From Psammoneis japonica (Eukaryota), in NCBI GenBank assembly GCA_008632985.1, contig QPGO01000070.1, positions 310,001 to 374,000 on the forward strand: a DNA stretch of 64,000 nt, in the 5' to 3' direction. Positions 60,314 to 64,000 of the stretch are shown piece by piece. The translations under genes were made by a program, and so were the position numbers. The notes under the pieces were generated by a model. It did not search any database. It was not told the DNA's origin and was given only the letters and a program-made list of their open reading frames with translations. Within the stretch, counting starts at the first letter, position 1, and each line of letters begins with the position of its first letter.

Positions 60314-61612
60314 TGTGATGGCGGATACTGAAAAAGTTGTGGGAGAAAAATTGTGACCCTTTTCTGGTGGCGCCGAGGGAAAGCGATCGATTGATGATCG
60401 TGTTCTGTTCCCACTTTTCAAAATTACTCCCGCGAGTTGGTACCGTGTAGACACATTTTTCACTTATGCCCGGTCGGCTTCTATCAAAATTTCATTTTTA
60501 CGACTATCCGCAGACATAGTATCATTAATTTTCAAAAGCACTTAAGAATACTAATTAAAGTCATTGGGCCTGTCACGGCAATTCAGAGTCATCGTTCGAA
60601 GCGTTTGCATTGAATAAAATATATTCATGACTTAAATTATATTTTTAATGAAAAAATCTAAAAAACACCGAAAGTGACATCAGACAAAGCTGGAATGACC
60701 TTTACAGTCATTTCCCCCGCTTGCACTCTGCTTTTCGTAACCACATACGTAAGGAGGGGGGATTTTTAGTTTTTCCGGCAACGGTTTGCGGTACCCAAGG
60801 TCATTCCCACGATTATCAAAACGGTTTCAGATGACCGAGGCTTATGTCATTCCAGTGTCGTACCCAACGCCGAAGCAACTGCCCAAACGAGTTTTGGCGT
60901 TCCCATCCACGTCACACAGCAAACTGTTCAGAACCCATTTCACCGCCAAATAATTTGGGAGGACGTGGACCGGACGCGGATGAAGTTCTTCTCTTCTGCT
61001 TCTTTCATAATTATTATTCGTTAAACAATGATAAATGAATTCCAAGAGAAAACAGATTTCAATCTTGCAGGTTCTTCGCCGTTGTTTTGCTTGCAACCTG
61101 CGCCTGTCTCTTTGAGGGCTTGACGGCCAGCCCAACCAAGGACCAGCAATTCTGGTCAGTTAGGACACAGCCATTGAATTTCTAGATAGAGAGATAAGAG
61201 ATAGATGGCATGGAAATTACCTTCACTAACGCGATCAAGTGGTTCTCAGACCTGTGGTGCAACTGCCCCCCCCCGTTTCTCGCCTCCTCCTGACATTTTG
61301 AGAATTGCGGCATCCTCCGCGCCCCCCACAAAAACTTAACTCTTTTGGTTATTGCATGCTTTGTACTTCCTGTCAATGCCCTTTCTACTCAAAACTCTAC
61401 TCTCTAGAAAGAGTCCACCGGTCGTAATCCCTCAAAGCAAACCCACGACATTCTGCACATTGCATGCACTCCAGCATTTCGATCGAAAAGGATCTTGAGT
61501 ACAAAAGCCTTTACCCAATAGATTCCACTCGCCCGCGACCCGCGAGCGAATCTTCATCCAGAATGTGAAAATCAACCATGAGACGGTGATGCCGTTGTCA
61601 CGTCTCGAAGCC

Positions 61613-63145
61613 ATGGCCTACACGTCCGGATGGCGATTGTGCCTTGTCTCTTATGCGCTGCTATTTCATCAAGCACATTGCTTTGTCACAACAAGGATTC
61701 CATATAATCGTCAGCCCCCAGCTCGACTTACTTTAGCAGAACCGAAACTCCCTCTTTTTTCGTCTTGGAACCCGATCATCCCTGCTCCGATTTCAATAAC
61801 GTCCACAACATCGACATCCTCCTTGTGGATTCGCGCAGCCTTGACTCTGGGTGTATCAGCAGGAACTGGGCTTGTTCATGATCATCGAAAAAACAATGGA
61901 TTGGGTGCGCTCATCACGTTGTTATTGGCAGCACATTCTTCGAATTTAAATCTGAGCCCATCGTCTCATGCGTTGTATACGTTTTGTTGGACGACCTTGT
62001 TGCCGGCGAGTTTGGCGTTTCTCTTTCTAGCATCGCCGTCGCCAAAAGATCGAGAGTCGTCCATTAAGGAAGTGGAAGCAGTGTCTGTTCCATTCTTCAT
62101 CGGCATACTTGGCTCGGTGCTTGGTTGTGTGCTGTCCTTTCTGTTTTGTTTGTTGGGCGCCAACAACCATGAAAGAACACACAAGCGTATACTGGTAGGA
62201 CGACAACATTACTGGTGGACACCCGGTCGACTCTTACTCCCGCCCGTGGAAGCTGCTGTTCATGCCGGGTGTCTTTGCGGATCCTATGTTGGTGGTCCGG
62301 TCAATTTCTTTGGAGTCAATCACCTCCTCACGCAAACCCTGGGGCACGACGGAGGAGTCTCGGAAGGCATTATTGGTTCTAGCGTGTCGGATCTTTTGCT
62401 CATGGCTTTATATTATTCTGCGACTACGGCAAGCTTATCATCTTCGCGCTTAAGGAAGATGTTCCCAGGACGCCCGAGCGAATCATCCTCTCCAATACAT
62501 CACGAACAAGACGCAAGCACGACGGAAGCGGTGTTATCCCGAAAGAGACGCACAATGGCGGTCCTTATATCGACAATACTTGTGTGGGCAATGCTGGCTG
62601 CATCAAAACCGTTTGATGCGCGAGTCGTATCTGGAATGATTGCGGCACTCGGTGCTTTCGGGTCACTTACAAGTCGGATACTACCAAAGGCACTTGGAAT
62701 GTTCAATGCCAACATCATGGACGACGTTCGGGCCGTCTCCACTCCCATGAGTGACGTTTGTTTCTACCTTTTATTTGCAGCCATTGGTGTCTCTTCTGTC
62801 AACCTACGGAGTGCAATTGTGCACGAGGGAGGCTGGCATTTTTTGTCCAGCTGCTTTTTCGACAGCACCGCCTTGGTGGTTCACATTGTCACAATGATTG
62901 CTGGATCATTGGCTGTGTCTCGCCTATTTTCTTCCAAAGTGAATTTCAGTCTAGAAGAAATCATGGTGGCTTCCAATTCGGGGATTGGAGGACCCGTGAC
63001 GGCGGCCGCCTTTGCCAAGAATGCTTCCTCCAAACGTCAACGTGGTCTTGTCATGGCTGCTACAGTCTGGGGCGTGTTTGGCTATGCAATTGGGACAGAG
63101 TTGGGAGTTGCTTTGACAAAGCATTTATTGAAGCTGGTGCCTTGA
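61613..63145 (+). CDS. DUF819-family multi-pass membrane protein
   Basis: LLPASLAFL, GSYVGGPVNF, LFAAIG, VASNSGIGGPVTAAAFA, GVFGYAIGT. Confidence 0.85.
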   Translation: MAYTSGWRLCLVSYALLFHQAHCFVTTRIPYNRQPPARLTLAEPKLPLFSSWNPIIPAPISITSTTSTSSLWIRAALTLGVSAGTGLVHDHRKNNGLGALITLLLAAHSSNLNLSPSSHALYTFCWTTLLPASLAFLFLASPSPKDRESSIKEVEAVSVPFFIGILGSVLGCVLSFLFCLLGANNHERTHKRILVGRQHYWWTPGRLLLPPVEAAVHAGCLCGSYVGGPVNFFGVNHLLTQTLGHDGGVSEGIIGSSVSDLLLMALYYSATTASLSSSRLRKMFPGRPSESSSPIHHEQDASTTEAVLSRKRRTMAVLISTILVWAMLAASKPFDARVVSGMIAALGAFGSLTSRILPKALGMFNANIMDDVRAVSTPMSDVCFYLLFAAIGVSSVNLRSAIVHEGGWHFLSSCFFDSTALVVHIVTMIAGSLAVSRLFSSKVNFSLEEIMVASNSGIGGPVTAAAFAKNASSKRQRGLVMAATVWGVFGYAIGTELGVALTKHLLKLVP

Positions 63146-63468
63146 ACAATGGTCCTTTACTGCAGAACCTACATTGTCATCGTGGAAGGCGGAAATGAAG
63201 GTCTAAGTTTTCCTGCGTCATCAGTAGGCGCCTGAGCTTTAATGTTGAACTGTCTGTCCGACGCTTCCATACCGCCGAGAACGTGCAAGTCGCAGTACTG
63301 AAACCGACGTAGATTTCTACGTCGATCAACGGATGACTGTGCAACACACAAATTTCCCTCCGATCTATCTCCAATCTTTCGACTTTCGACCGACACAACA
63401 CAACACTAACAAATACTCTGTTGCGTTGCCAACCAAGACATACTACTTCAACAACACACAACAACACG

Positions 63469-64000
<532 letters not shown>

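Overview
Eukaryotic nuclear DNA, very probably from a pennate diatom: short GT-AG introns, signal peptides ending in ASAF/xAF, and three dsCYC2-like cyclins. It holds about 25 ordinary genes (UPF1-like helicase, fibrillin, kelch protein, PrxQ, MFS transporter, CNNM/CorC, Ysc84/SYLF, sulfotransferase-like proteins, DUF819, adenosine kinase, surface proteins), several with single-base frameshifts that look like assembly errors, plus one N gap. The most striking signal is a set of blocks (about 13.85-23.87 kb, 25.75-27.7 kb, 30.0-30.6 kb, and a duplicated gene fragment at 55.5-55.9 kb) that have lost both CpG and TpA and are saturated in TpG/CpA. Two internal controls give the direction of change. 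A decayed CRE-like LINE has its RT motif WYADD turned into WHAND, and a pseudogenic SYLF copy has all three aligned Tyr codons turned into His/Cys. Both show CG->TG/CA plus TA->TG/CA. This looks like a repeat-targeted hypermutation process running opposite to fungal RIP. Also notable is a dense TGACGT (CCRE/aureochrome-type) cluster in a divergent promoter between a dsCYC2-like cyclin and a small plastid-targeted repeat-motif protein. All family assignments are from recalled motifs and all counts are by eye; no searches were run.
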